Shown here: piece after piece, positions 20,218 through 29,979 of the stretch | How the letters are laid out: every line of letters starts with the position of its first letter | Numbering within the stretch: position 1 is the stretch's first letter | Assembly: GCA_038242205.1 (NCBI GenBank) | Contig: JBBSSI010000013.1 | Coordinates: 333 to 64,332 of the forward strand | Direction: 5' to 3' | From: Lysobacterales bacterium | GTDB taxonomy: Bacteria; Pseudomonadota; Gammaproteobacteria; Xanthomonadales; Rhodanobacteraceae | Length of the DNA: 64,000 nt | Notes under the pieces: generated by a model | The model's database searches: none | Told to the model about the DNA's origin: nothing | What the model saw: only the letters and a program-made list of their open reading frames with translations | Made by a program: the position numbers and the translations under genes

Positions 20218-20410
20218 GCACGTCTGCCCCCGCAGATACGAGCCGGTGAACGCACCAGATACCGCAGTGGATGCGTGTGCTTCATCCGGAGACGTCGGCG
20301 CGATTGCAACGCAGCCGGATGGAGTTGCAAGCTGCGCTTCCGCCAGCGGAAACGGACAGTCAATGTAAATTGCGACGCGGGCGGCGCCCTGCTTGGGCGC
20401 GGCTTTTGTC

Positions 20411-22240
20411 TCAGCCGCGCGTTTCAGCAGCGGCCTCAGGCGCAAATCCATCGGCGCTCCACGCCTCGCTGCCAACGCCATGGTGAACCACGAACAGGCC
20501 GTGTGGATCGTAACGACGCTTTGCCTGCGCCAGTCGCGGGTAATTGGCGCCCCAGAACCCCTGTTGCCAATCGCGCAGGAAATAGTCGCTCTCTGAAACG
20601 TAGGACCCAGCCGTCGGAGCCACCGCGCGCAGCGCCGCCATGGCTTTTTCGACCCGCTTGGCGTCGGCCCGGGCTTTTACCAGATCAGGCGCGGTTCGCA
20701 GCAAGCCCGGATATGCAGGGTCGCCGGCGGCGCCGATGATTGCCAGTGCAAACGCGTCGAGCACGTCCGGGTGCGTCGCCGTGTCGCGACCGCGCGCGCG
20801 CGCGTCGTCAGCGCCGCCGGCCAGGCCCTTGTTGAAATGCAGCCCCACGGTCCACTGCTGCGAGGCCGCGAACAACGCGTCGGCCAATTGCGCTTGTGCC
20901 GCCGATTCAAGCAGAGCGGCGGGCAACCACGCCGATTGGTATGCGTGGATAAACCACGCTACCTGGTCCTGGTCACCCTTCCACAGCACGCGATCCAGCG
21001 GCGCGCCGGAACGGTCATCGGCAACCATCACGCCCGGAGCGTGCTTGCGGAAAAACTCGGGGTCCCAGAAATGCCGTGCCGGCAGCGCCATCATCTTCAG
21101 CGGCTCGACAAAGGTGTATTCCGGCCGCGCCTTTACCCAAGCCATGAACGGGGCCCAGGTGTCCTGCGCCGCGGCGCTTGTGAGTCCCTGAAAGACCATG
21201 GAAATCGCCAGCGTGTCGCCGTCTCGAAGCGACATCTGTTCGCCCCAGTGCGGATTGAACAGTGAGCTGCGATAGAAGCGCATGGTCTGGGCGATCAACG
21301 CACGAAACGCCGGTTTCGACGATGCCTTGATGCGACCAAATGCGCCGCCAAAGAACTCGGGCAGGTCGAACGTGCGCAGAGTCAACCGGGTCACCACGCC
21401 CAGGCTGCCACCGCCGCCGCCCTTGAGGCCCCAGAACAGTTCCGGATGGTTGGCGGCGTTGACGATGCGTGCCTGGCCGTCGGCGGTAACCACTTCCGCC
21501 TCGAGCAGATTGCTCGCCGCCGTGCCCCAGTTCTTGGAGAAACTGCCAAAGCCGCCGCTTTGTACCAGCCCGGCGACTCCCACGGTGGTGCAGCCACCGC
21601 CCTGCACGTAGCGGTGGCCGCGCGTCGTTACCTCGGTGTAGGCGTCGATCCACATCGCGCCTGCGCCGACGCTTACCGCCGGTTGCGCAACCACGTTGCA
21701 GCCGACGGGTACGAACGCGTTGTGCATCTGCACCTTGTTCATCCGGCGTGTCCATACCAGCAGCGAATCGGGGGCGTCGGATGTGCCCTGGTAGCTGTGG
21801 CCACCGCCTTTTACGACCAGACGCAGCCGGTGTTCGCGCGCGAAGTCCACGGCCGCGGCCACGTCAGCTGTCGTCTCGGCGGCGACGGCATAGGCGCTTG
21901 GTCGGGAAATCCACGCGTCGGCCCAGCCGCTGGTCTGGGTCAGCGCGGCTTGATCGCCGATGTAGAACGGATTCTTCAGGTTTTTCAGCGCCTCGGCCCG
22001 AACGGCGGCAGGCGCTTGCGGTGCAAACGGGGACTGCAGTTTCAGCAGTCGACCGCCGACGCGACGCTTCAGCGCGTCCCACGTCGAGGGCATCGGCCAG
22101 AGGGCATCGCCGGGTCGAACTCTGCCCAGCAGTCGCGGCAGATTGCTGCGGGTACTGGCCAGCAGCTTGCCGGCGCGCGAAACGGCCAACGCGAGGAGCG
22201 GTGTGGCAAGCATGGCTTTGAGCAGGTCGCGACGATTCAT
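20411..22240 (-). CDS. Tat-exported FAD-linked oxidase (berberine-bridge-enzyme-like)
   Basis: MNRRDLLKA twin-arginine signal, KGGGHSY, GGGCTTVG and a C-terminal BBE motif YVSE..FWGANYPRL..KRRYDP. Confidence 0.9.
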   Translation of the reverse strand: MNRRDLLKAMLATPLLALAVSRAGKLLASTRSNLPRLLGRVRPGDALWPMPSTWDALKRRVGGRLLKLQSPFAPQAPAAVRAEALKNLKNPFYIGDQAALTQTSGWADAWISRPSAYAVAAETTADVAAAVDFAREHRLRLVVKGGGHSYQGTSDAPDSLLVWTRRMNKVQMHNAFVPVGCNVVAQPAVSVGAGAMWIDAYTEVTTRGHRYVQGGGCTTVGVAGLVQSGGFGSFSKNWGTAASNLLEAEVVTADGQARIVNAANHPELFWGLKGGGGGSLGVVTRLTLRTFDLPEFFGGAFGRIKASSKPAFRALIAQTMRFYRSSLFNPHWGEQMSLRDGDTLAISMVFQGLTSAAAQDTWAPFMAWVKARPEYTFVEPLKMMALPARHFWDPEFFRKHAPGVMVADDRSGAPLDRVLWKGDQDQVAWFIHAYQSAWLPAALLESAAQAQLADALFAASQQWTVGLHFNKGLAGGADDARARGRDTATHPDVLDAFALAIIGAAGDPAYPGLLRTAPDLVKARADAKRVEKAMAALRAVAPTAGSYVSESDYFLRDWQQGFWGANYPRLAQAKRRYDPHGLFVVHHGVGSEAWSADGFAPEAAAETRG

Positions 22241-22302
22241 GGGGGTTTCCGCAGGTTTGGTGGCGTCCATGTTGCGGCGGAGCGGGGCTGCTGTCGCTCG
22301 CC

Positions 22303-22354
22303 AAGTGACAGATTGATCGCTACCGGTGACGAATGGGGAGCTCTCGGGGATGGG
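22303..22354. promoter_or_regulatory. Candidate LytTR operator: three direct repeats at 21-bp period
   Basis: AAGTGACAGA (22303), CGGTGACGAA (22324) and CGGGGATGGG (22345) lie in the divergent promoter. Confidence 0.55.
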
Positions 22355-22393
22355 TCGCGTCGCCGAGTGCAGCGCTTTGCGTAGAATCGGCGC

Positions 22394-23245
22394 ATGAACG
22401 AGCACGCCGACTCCCGCTTCCAGGACTTCCAGCGTTGGCGGCGCCCCATCGAAGCGGGCTTCTGGATCACGCTGGTCATCCTCAATACCGCCTTTAACGG
22501 GCTGGTGGCCCAGATCGATCACTCGCGCACGGCCGCATGGGAGCCGTGGGTCTGGGAGTGCAGCAGCTCGATCGTGGTGCTGGCGCTGATTCCGCTGGTC
22601 ATCGCGCTGGAACGGCGTTGGCCTTTCCGCTTCGACACCTGGTGGCACAGCCTGCCGCGCCACTTGCTGGCCACCATTCCCTTCAGCCTCGCCCACGTCA
22701 CCGGCATGGTCGCGCTGCGCAAGCTTGCTTATGCATTTGCGGGCTTGCACTACGATTTCGGCGCACGCTTTGGCTACGAATACCTGAAGGATTTTCGAAG
22801 CTATTTCCTCATCATCGTGCTGCTGTGCATGTCGCGTCTGTGGCTCGTTCGCTGGCAGGGTGAGGCGCGGCTGCTTGCCGAACCGGATGAAGGGCAGCCG
22901 GCCGAACCAATTGAACGACCCGAGCGCTTTCTGGTGCGCAAGCTGGGACGGGAATTTTTGCTCAACGCCAGCGAGATCGAGTGGCTGCAGGCCTCGGGCA
23001 ATTATGTGAATTTGCGCGTACGCAGCCGGGACTACCCGCTGCGCACGACCATGGCGGCCATTGAGGATCGGCTGGATCCTGCCCGCTTCATCCGGGTCCA
23101 CCGCAGCTATTTCATCAATCTTCATTACCTGGCTGACATCAAGCCACTGGAAACAGGCGATGCCGTATTGACGTTGCGCGACGGCGCGACGATCCCGTGC
23201 AGCCGGCGCCATCGCGCAGCCTTGCGCGAACAGCTGGGACGCTGA
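22394..23245 (+). CDS. Membrane-anchored LytTR transcriptional regulator
   Basis: N-terminal TM helices and a LytTR domain (IEWLQASGNYV, FIRVHRS, SRR). Confidence 0.9.
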   Translation: MNEHADSRFQDFQRWRRPIEAGFWITLVILNTAFNGLVAQIDHSRTAAWEPWVWECSSSIVVLALIPLVIALERRWPFRFDTWWHSLPRHLLATIPFSLAHVTGMVALRKLAYAFAGLHYDFGARFGYEYLKDFRSYFLIIVLLCMSRLWLVRWQGEARLLAEPDEGQPAEPIERPERFLVRKLGREFLLNASEIEWLQASGNYVNLRVRSRDYPLRTTMAAIEDRLDPARFIRVHRSYFINLHYLADIKPLETGDAVLTLRDGATIPCSRRHRAALREQLGR

Positions 23246-23814
23246 TCGACCGGTCACCGGTAATCACCAGTAAGACCTGCGACTGGAAGCGGCGGAAGAA
23301 TGATCTTCCCGGGTTTCAATTTCGGGTTGCACGCTAACTTCGTGGACCACCATTGGCGCCGCGCTCGGCGCGATCGGCACGCCACGGCCACTTATCGAGC
23401 AAGGGCAACGCGGAAAAAGTCCGCATTTGGGGCGCCTCTTGGGCAAGACGCTGCCGCTTTTTCAACCGCAGACATCACGCATGGGGCGGTCAGCAGATGA
23501 GCGTGAAACTATGCGCACCGCAGCCAAACGACATGCCCCGTCGGTACCGCTTACAACGGCTTTTGTTCAGGCATGAGTTGCGGCAGGCCATCTGCTGCTC
23601 CGTGCACGCAGGATTCGAGTGGTACGCTTTGCCCCGGCTGCAGTTTCGTTGGCCAACACGACCTTCCACCGAGCAATTTCGACCGCTGCAGGACGCACCG
23701 GACGGCATGGCACGGCTGCCAATATTGGGACCCTGCGGCGGCTTGCTCAGTAGGCCAAAACGTCGGTTGGACGTCAAAGCGCCCATCGACGGATTGGAGG
23801 TGCCCGTGTGCGTT

Positions 23815-24462
23815 TCAGCGACTTGCCCCAGTGGGACGACGCAGCGCGCGAGCGTAGAGATCGACGTCGATAGTGCCACCTTCGATGGCCCAGACAAGCG
23901 CGTCCATTCGATCCGCGCCCCAAAACAACTCGCCCCCCAGGCGGAACGTGGGTACACCAAATATCCGCGCTTCGATTGCCTCCTGGGTAGAACGACGCAA
24001 ACTTTGCTTGACCTCGCCAGTTGCCGCAGTGGCGAGCAACGCAGCAGCATCGAATCCGCTGCGGGTCAACACGCGTGAGAGGCTATCGGGATCGGCAACA
24101 TCTACCCCTTCGGACCACACCGCGGAGAGCAACCGACGAGTCAAAACGAGTCGTTGGGCCTCGTCTTCCACGGCGAGCATTGCGCGCAGGGCAATCAGCG
24201 GATTGAATGGATGATTGGGCGGACCGCGGAATGGGAGGTCCAATCGTTTGGCCTGCCGCATAACGTCACGGAACACGTACTCGCGTTTGGCGGAAACCTC
24301 GGCCGGCCCTTGCGTGCCGTGCGCATTGAGTAGCGCGGCCAGCAATATTGGCCGGCACGCGATCTGCGCACCAGCTGCGGTCACCCGGGCAAGTTGCTGC
24401 GAGGCCAGCCAAGCATAGGGACTGACTGGATCAAAATAGAATTCCACGGTAGTGGAGGACAT
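23815..24462 (-). CDS. HCCA isomerase / kappa-class GST (DsbA family)
   Basis: EFYFDPVSPYAWLA and IFGVPTF..ELFWGADR. Confidence 0.9.
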   Translation of the reverse strand: MSSTTVEFYFDPVSPYAWLASQQLARVTAAGAQIACRPILLAALLNAHGTQGPAEVSAKREYVFRDVMRQAKRLDLPFRGPPNHPFNPLIALRAMLAVEDEAQRLVLTRRLLSAVWSEGVDVADPDSLSRVLTRSGFDAAALLATAATGEVKQSLRRSTQEAIEARIFGVPTFRLGGELFWGADRMDALVWAIEGGTIDVDLYARALRRPTGASR

Positions 24463-24818
24463 GGCAACTCAAGATGGCAAGCGGCTGTGAGAAAAAAGAC
24501 GGCCTGGATGATCCCGCAAGTGGGGCCCTGCGGGCAAACGACTTATTGCATCGCTAGCGCCGACGATGACTTTCCCGCAATTCATATGTCTTCATGCATC
24601 GGACGCGCGGAGCGCTTTGCGATGAAAGCATCCGTTGACCGATGGCGGGGCGTATGCGAACGCCACATACGTATCTGGATTGGCTTTCCAAAAGATGCGG
24701 ACATGATGCCGTCATCGGCGCAACATCGGTCCAAGCCATGCGGTGATCGCCAATCAGCGCGAACCGCGGGAACGCTGGATTCTCAGCTCTGTGCGTCCCG
24801 CACTGAGTAATCAGCAAA

Positions 24819-24965
24819 TCAGGATGAGGGTTTCGGTTTGGCATCCGGCGCGTTTTGCGGCTGCAGCGGCGCGTCGGCATCGGGGTTGCGCTGCGAGCCT
24901 TGCTTGTCCTTCGGTTGGCTTTCGGCATAACCGGACTGTTCGGGGACGGCGTCTTCTTGAGCCAT
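24819..24965 (-). CDS. 48-aa hydrophilic small protein (not in ORF track)
   Basis: MAQEDAVPEQSGYAESQPKDKQGSQRNPDADAPLQPQNAPDAKPKPSS with a GGTGG RBS-like sequence upstream. Confidence 0.5.
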   Translation of the reverse strand: MAQEDAVPEQSGYAESQPKDKQGSQRNPDADAPLQPQNAPDAKPKPSS

Positions 24966-25234
24966 GTTCACCACCAAAGCTGAGGATCGAAGGTTTCGCG
25001 GATAGCGCGCGAGCGCGCGCCGATACGGTGCTGGTAGCCCTTTGCATTACATGGCATCGCACATGCTCGTGGCGTGAATCAGCACGTTTTGCGCTGGGGC
25101 CCGTCGCCTGCCGGTGTTTTGCCGCGGATGCATGCGCCACGTACGCTGGAAGCTCTGGCGGAGCAGGGCATAAGGCATGCGGCTTGTTGCGTAACCGTTT
25201 CGCGACCTGCGGCGGCGCACGAGCGATCACTGAG

Positions 25235-25333
25235 GGATATTCTGAACAAGTCCCAATTTCGGCGATTGAGACATTGTAAACCTTTGATCTTCATGAGCTG
25301 AAAATTTAAGCTTTTGACTTGTTCAGAATATCC
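25235..25333. mobile_element. 99-bp MITE with IS5-like ends
   Basis: Perfect 18-bp terminal IRs GGATATTCTGAACAAGTC, TGAG direct repeats on both sides, AT-rich non-coding core. Confidence 0.8.
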
Positions 25334-25568
25334 TGAGAGGTTACGCAATCGTCCCGATGCCCATGCGGGTAAGGCGCTCCTTGCAGATGCTGGATGGAGA
25401 TACCTGTACTTCGACGTCGCATGCGATTTGAAAACAAAGAGGTCTTATGACTTCGCTTTTCACGGTGTAGGGTAATGTGTTGTGGCATCTGATTGGCGTG
25501 CGAGGCGGACGGCTGCAGCTCAGCTCAATTCCAGCGCCAAGCCTGACATCAATTTACGAGGAACATCC

Positions 25569-25805
25569 ATGGACGTTCGCATAACTGACAAATCTACCGG
25601 CGCCACGCTTGGGCGCATTTCAGCGCAGGACCTCCAGTTTCTGGTTGACCAGCTTGAGGAGGAGTCTTCGAAGGACACGGATTACTTCATCGACGCGCAG
25701 ACCGTTCTCATGCTGGAGTCAAACGGTGGCAATCCTGCCTTGATCTCCATGCTGCGGACAGCAGTTGGCACATCCGGAGGCGTTGAAATCGCTTGGGAGC
25801 AATAG
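25569..25805 (+). CDS. Small acidic hypothetical protein
   Basis: GAGG RBS and the motif LQFLVDQLEEES..DTDYFID. Confidence 0.75.
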   Translation: MDVRITDKSTGATLGRISAQDLQFLVDQLEEESSKDTDYFIDAQTVLMLESNGGNPALISMLRTAVGTSGGVEIAWEQ

Positions 25806-25898
25806 CCCAGTCAGTCCAGGTTCCCATTCGCAGCAGACGGACAAGCTGCGTTTGCATCCAGTGTTGCCCGTCATCGCGATGTTCTTTCAAGCCGGAGG

Positions 25899-26336
25899 TG
25901 CGAAGTGCCAACTCCATCAATCACGCCTGGCCTGCTCTACCACGATGCGGCGCAAGCAATTGAATGGTTGTGTCGTGCTTTCGGCTTTGAGCAACGCCTG
26001 GTAATTTCAGGGGAGAACTCATTGATTGCCCATGCCCACCTGACTTTGGGTGATGGCGGAATCATGCTCAGCTCAGCAGAGGGATATGCATTCCCGAATT
26101 TCTGCAAATCTCCGCGCGAGCTTGGCGGAGTCGGCACGGCTGAGATCATTGTCTTTGTCAGCAATCCGGATTCGCACTACCAGCACGCCGTGTTGGAAGG
26201 CGTGGAGATACTCATTCCAATTGAGGACAAACCCTACGGAGGTCGCGGATATACATGCAGGGATCCGGAGGGGTACGTCTGGGCGTTTGGCTCGTATGAC
26301 CCCTGGTCTGCGGACGGCGCGCAGTCTCAAGTCTGA
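25899..26336 (+). CDS. VOC/bleomycin-resistance-family protein
   Basis: AIEWLCRAFGF, HAHLTLGDGGIML, DKPYGGRGYTCRDPEG. Start uncertain (GTG near 25899-25905). Confidence 0.85.
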   Translation, partial: CEVPTPSITPGLLYHDAAQAIEWLCRAFGFEQRLVISGENSLIAHAHLTLGDGGIMLSSAEGYAFPNFCKSPRELGGVGTAEIIVFVSNPDSHYQHAVLEGVEILIPIEDKPYGGRGYTCRDPEGYVWAFGSYDPWSADGAQSQV

Positions 26337-26441
26337 ACTGCACCACTGCTCGGCGGTCATCGAAGCGGTTGGGATGCAACGTCAAGCCTTGCGCCTGGAG
26401 CACAAGCGTCCTTTCGCGCCAAGCGCTGCAAGGATCAGCCG

Positions 26442-27116
26442 TCAGTCCAGGGCCGCGCCAAATCGACCCGAGCGCGGCAGATAGTGCTGCTGCGGGTTCA
26501 GCGACAGCACGACATAGCGCGAGCGCCCGACTATTTCAGCGCGCGGGAAAAAACCGAAGTAGCGCGAGTCCATGCTGTTGTCGCGGTCGTCGCCAAGCAG
26601 CAGGTACTGATCGGCAGGAACGATGACCGGACCGAAGTTGCTGGCGGGGCTGGGGCGCGAGTCTGACAGGCGGATCACGTGGCGCAGCGCGCCGTAGTGT
26701 TCCAGTTTGTAATGCGCCGGATCGCGCAGGTCCGCGTGAATGCCATTGAGGTTGTTCGGCGCATAGCTGGCGCGATGGCCGTTGATGATCAGAACGTTGT
26801 CGCGCATTGCTACGTCGTCGCCGGGCAGGCCGATCACGCGTTTCACCAGGCGTTCGTCGGCGGCTGAGGAATCCAGCACCACAATGTCGCCGCGCTGCGG
26901 ATCGGCCAGGTGGCGTAGCGAGATGTGGCTCAGCGGCAGGCGCACGTCATATGCGAGCTTGTCGACCAGAATGCGGTCGCCGATGCGGATGGTTGGTTGC
27001 ATCGATCCAGTCGGCACCACGTTCCAGTCGGCAACCGCGCTGCGAAACATGACCATGCACAGCATGAAGGTGATGATGCCGCGATTGCGGAACATGAGCT
27101 TGGCGATCGTGCGCAT
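26442..27116 (-). CDS. Signal peptidase I paralog
   Basis: Catalytic Ser in PTGSMQPT, Lys in LVKRVIG, and GDDRDNSMDSRYFG. Confidence 0.9.
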   Translation of the reverse strand: MRTIAKLMFRNRGIITFMLCMVMFRSAVADWNVVPTGSMQPTIRIGDRILVDKLAYDVRLPLSHISLRHLADPQRGDIVVLDSSAADERLVKRVIGLPGDDVAMRDNVLIINGHRASYAPNNLNGIHADLRDPAHYKLEHYGALRHVIRLSDSRPSPASNFGPVIVPADQYLLLGDDRDNSMDSRYFGFFPRAEIVGRSRYVVLSLNPQQHYLPRSGRFGAALD

Positions 27117-27468
27117 GGCATTCCCCTGTGACTGCAACGTCTGCTTGAAGAGTGACCGTGCCGGACAGGTGAAGTTTCCTTGCCTTCGCAGCCGGTCGCG
27201 CCCTCTTGGCGCTGCGCTTTCGTCACCCGTTTCGACAAGCGTGTGAAGGCCCGTGCCGCGGTCAAGCGTCACGGTTCCAGTATGCACGACGATGGACCTG
27301 CCAGCGTGAGAAAGCGCTGTTGAAGCGTGCGCCGTGGCGCTTCTCCACGGCGACCAACTGCTGGTGCGCAGCCACATCGCGACGCGTCGACATGGCCAGG
27401 AATGGCGCTGTGGCCAGGGTCGCGATGGAACCCAGCGCAATGCGTTTTGAAATTTCCGCGGCGCGCGG

Positions 27469-27484
27469 GAAAGCGGCAGGAAAG
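27469..27484 (+). promoter_or_regulatory. Candidate response-regulator box GAAAG-N6-GAAAG
   Basis: Direct repeat with 11-bp period, about 47 bp upstream of the HAD gene. Confidence 0.5.
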
Positions 27485-27530
27485 AAACCTTACGTAGCGT
27501 ACGCAGCAACCTGACTGCGTACCGATTCCA

Positions 27531-28223
27531 ATGGCGGACTGGACCATCTTGTGCGATTTCGACGGCACGATTGCCGTGGAAGATGTGATTGACTCGTTGC
27601 TGGAACGCTACGGCCGTTCGGGCTGGGCCGCCCTTGAGCGCGACTGGCGAGCCGGCCGCATTGGCTCACGCGCGTGCATGACCGGTCAGGTCGCACTTCT
27701 GGATATGTCGCAGGGCGAGCTGGACGAGCATCTTTCGCAGTTATGGATCGACCACGCGTTTCCGGATTTCGTCGCGAAGGCGCGCACGCTCGGCGTACCC
27801 ATCCGCGTCGTCAGTGATGGCCTGGATTATGCGATCCGCGCCATTCTCCGCCGCTACGGGCTGGATGATCTTCCGGTGACCGCCAACCGGCTTTTGCCGG
27901 CTTTGCCGCCGCAGCGCTGGCAATTGAGCTCGCCGCACCAGGTGGAGGGCTGTGCCAGCGGGACGTGCAAGTGTGCGTGTGTGGCGCGCGCCCGTGCAGA
28001 TGGCGGCCGCCGAACGTTGCTCATAGGCGACGGCGCATCGGATTTTTGTGCGGCGGACCACGTCGACTTCGTGTTTGCCAAGAACCGGCTCATCGAGCAC
28101 TGCCGAGCGGTGGGCGTCCCCTACATGCCGATCACCGGCTTCGACGATGCGCTCGAGCTACTGCCCCAGCTGCTCGCCGGCCGACTGTTTGAAACCCCCG
28201 ACTACGCCGCTTTGTCCTTCTGA
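27531..28223 (+). CDS. MtnX-like HAD-IB phosphatase
   Basis: CDFDGT, VSDG, CASGTCKC, IGDGASD, FAK. Confidence 0.9.
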   Translation: MADWTILCDFDGTIAVEDVIDSLLERYGRSGWAALERDWRAGRIGSRACMTGQVALLDMSQGELDEHLSQLWIDHAFPDFVAKARTLGVPIRVVSDGLDYAIRAILRRYGLDDLPVTANRLLPALPPQRWQLSSPHQVEGCASGTCKCACVARARADGGRRTLLIGDGASDFCAADHVDFVFAKNRLIEHCRAVGVPYMPITGFDDALELLPQLLAGRLFETPDYAALSF

Positions 28224-28244
28224 TACTCACGTCCAGGATCGCCC

Positions 28245-29651
28245 ATGAATGTTTTTGACAAGAATCTCCAAGTTGTGATCGACGACGCGCAGCTGCTCGC
28301 CGACGAGGCGAAGTACAGCTCCTTCGGTGACACTGTGCACTACGTCGATCCGCCCAAGATCTTTCGCAGCTGCAAAGGCAGCTACATGTATGACAGCGCC
28401 GGCGTGCCATTCCTGGATCTGCAGATGTGGTATTCGGCGGTCAATTTCGGCTATGGCAACGAGCGCCTGAACGACGCGCTGAAACGCCAGATCGACCTGT
28501 TGCCGCAGGTTGCCAGCCAGTACCTGCACCAGACCCGCATCGAGCTTGCGAAGACGATCGCGGTCGACGCAAAGCAGAAGTTTGGCCTGGATGGTCGCGT
28601 ACATTTCAACGTCGGCGGCGCGCAGGCCGTGGAGGATTCGCTCAAACTCGTGCGCAACTACACGAATGGCAAGAGCCTGATGTTTGCCTTCGAAGGCGGC
28701 TATCACGGCCGCACGCTCGGCGCATCGTCCATTACCTCCAGCTACCGCTATCGCCGCCGCTTCGGTCACTTCGGCGAGCGCGCGATGTTTCTGCCATTTC
28801 CGTATCCGTTCAGACGTCCGAAAGGAATGACCGCCGAGGAATATTCAGACAGCTGCGTAAATCAGTTCGCGCGCCTGTTCGAGACCGAATACAACGGCGT
28901 GTGGGATCCGAAGACGAACCAGTGCGAGTATGCCGCGTTCTACGTCGAGCCGATCCAGGGCACCGGCGGATACGTGATTCCACCGATCAACTTTTTCCGC
29001 GACCTGAAAAAGGTCCTCGACAAGTACGGGATCCTGCTGGTCGTCGACGAGATCCAGATGGGTTTCTGGCGCACCGGCAAGCAGTGGTCGATCGAGCACT
29101 TCGGGGTGACGCCGGACGTGCTGGTGTTTGGCAAGGCTTTGACGAACGGTTTGAATCCCCTGTCAGGCGTGTGGGCACGCGAGGCATTGATCAATCCAAC
29201 GATCTTCCCGCCGGGCTCCACGCACTCCACGTTCAACTCCAACCCGCTGGGCACCTCGCTTGGCCTGGAAGTAATCCGTATGGGCAAGGAGCTGGACTAC
29301 GAGACCACGGTGCCGCTCAAGGGCGCGCATTTCCTAGAGGGCCTGCGCGACCTGCAGAAGCGGCACAAGGAGATCGGCGACGTCGACGGCCTTGGGCTGG
29401 CCCTGCGCGCGGAGATTTGCACCGATGACGGCTTCACCCCGAACAAGGCGTTGCTTGATCGCATGGTCGACATTGGCCTGGCGGGTGATCTGCAGCATGA
29501 CGGCAAGCGCATCGGCCTCGTGCTGGATGTGGGCGGCTGGTACAAAAACGTCATCACGTTTGCGCCGTCGCTGGATATCACACACGAGGAGATCGACCTG
29601 GCCATCGCGCTTCTCGACCAATTGCTGACCAAGGCCAAGCGGACTGCATGA
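28245..29651 (+). CDS. Class III PLP aminotransferase
   Basis: GGYHGRT, EPIQGTGG, DEIQMGFWRTG, FGKALTNG. Confidence 0.92.
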   Translation: MNVFDKNLQVVIDDAQLLADEAKYSSFGDTVHYVDPPKIFRSCKGSYMYDSAGVPFLDLQMWYSAVNFGYGNERLNDALKRQIDLLPQVASQYLHQTRIELAKTIAVDAKQKFGLDGRVHFNVGGAQAVEDSLKLVRNYTNGKSLMFAFEGGYHGRTLGASSITSSYRYRRRFGHFGERAMFLPFPYPFRRPKGMTAEEYSDSCVNQFARLFETEYNGVWDPKTNQCEYAAFYVEPIQGTGGYVIPPINFFRDLKKVLDKYGILLVVDEIQMGFWRTGKQWSIEHFGVTPDVLVFGKALTNGLNPLSGVWAREALINPTIFPPGSTHSTFNSNPLGTSLGLEVIRMGKELDYETTVPLKGAHFLEGLRDLQKRHKEIGDVDGLGLALRAEICTDDGFTPNKALLDRMVDIGLAGDLQHDGKRIGLVLDVGGWYKNVITFAPSLDITHEEIDLAIALLDQLLTKAKRTA

Positions 29652-29694
29652 GCGAGCATTTGTCGTCGCCGTGCCGTCCCATCTGGAGCACATC

Positions 29695-29979
29695 ATGTCT
29701 GATGTAATTTCACTCAGCACCATCCGTGAACGGGTGATCGAACTCATTGCCGCCCAGACCAAGCTCGATCCGGCTCAGATCCACACTGACTCCACGTTGA
29801 AAGATCTGGGCCTGGCGTCGCTCAACGCCATCGAGCTGATCTTTGACGTGGAAGAAGCTTTCGACATTACGTTTCCCGATCAAGGCCCCAATCTCGACAC
29901 GGACACGGTGCAGGGGCTTGTCAATGCGGTGGTGGCCGCGAATGAGGAACGCAGCGCGCGATCCGCGGGCAAGGCGTGA
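29695..29979 (+). CDS. Acyl carrier protein (NodF-like, atypical ASL motif)
   Basis: LKDLGLASLNAIELIFDVEEAFDI. Confidence 0.85.
   Translation: MSDVISLSTIRERVIELIAAQTKLDPAQIHTDSTLKDLGLASLNAIELIFDVEEAFDITFPDQGPNLDTDTVQGLVNAVVAANEERSARSAGKA

Noticed and set aside
22241-23257. Apparent 948-aa extension of the flavo-oxidase
   Set aside because: The extension is antisense to the LytTR gene; the Tat signal marks the real start at 22240.
23260-23810. Unassigned 550-bp gap with several short ORFs
   Set aside because: No motif, RBS or repeat that I can support; possibly a decayed gene.
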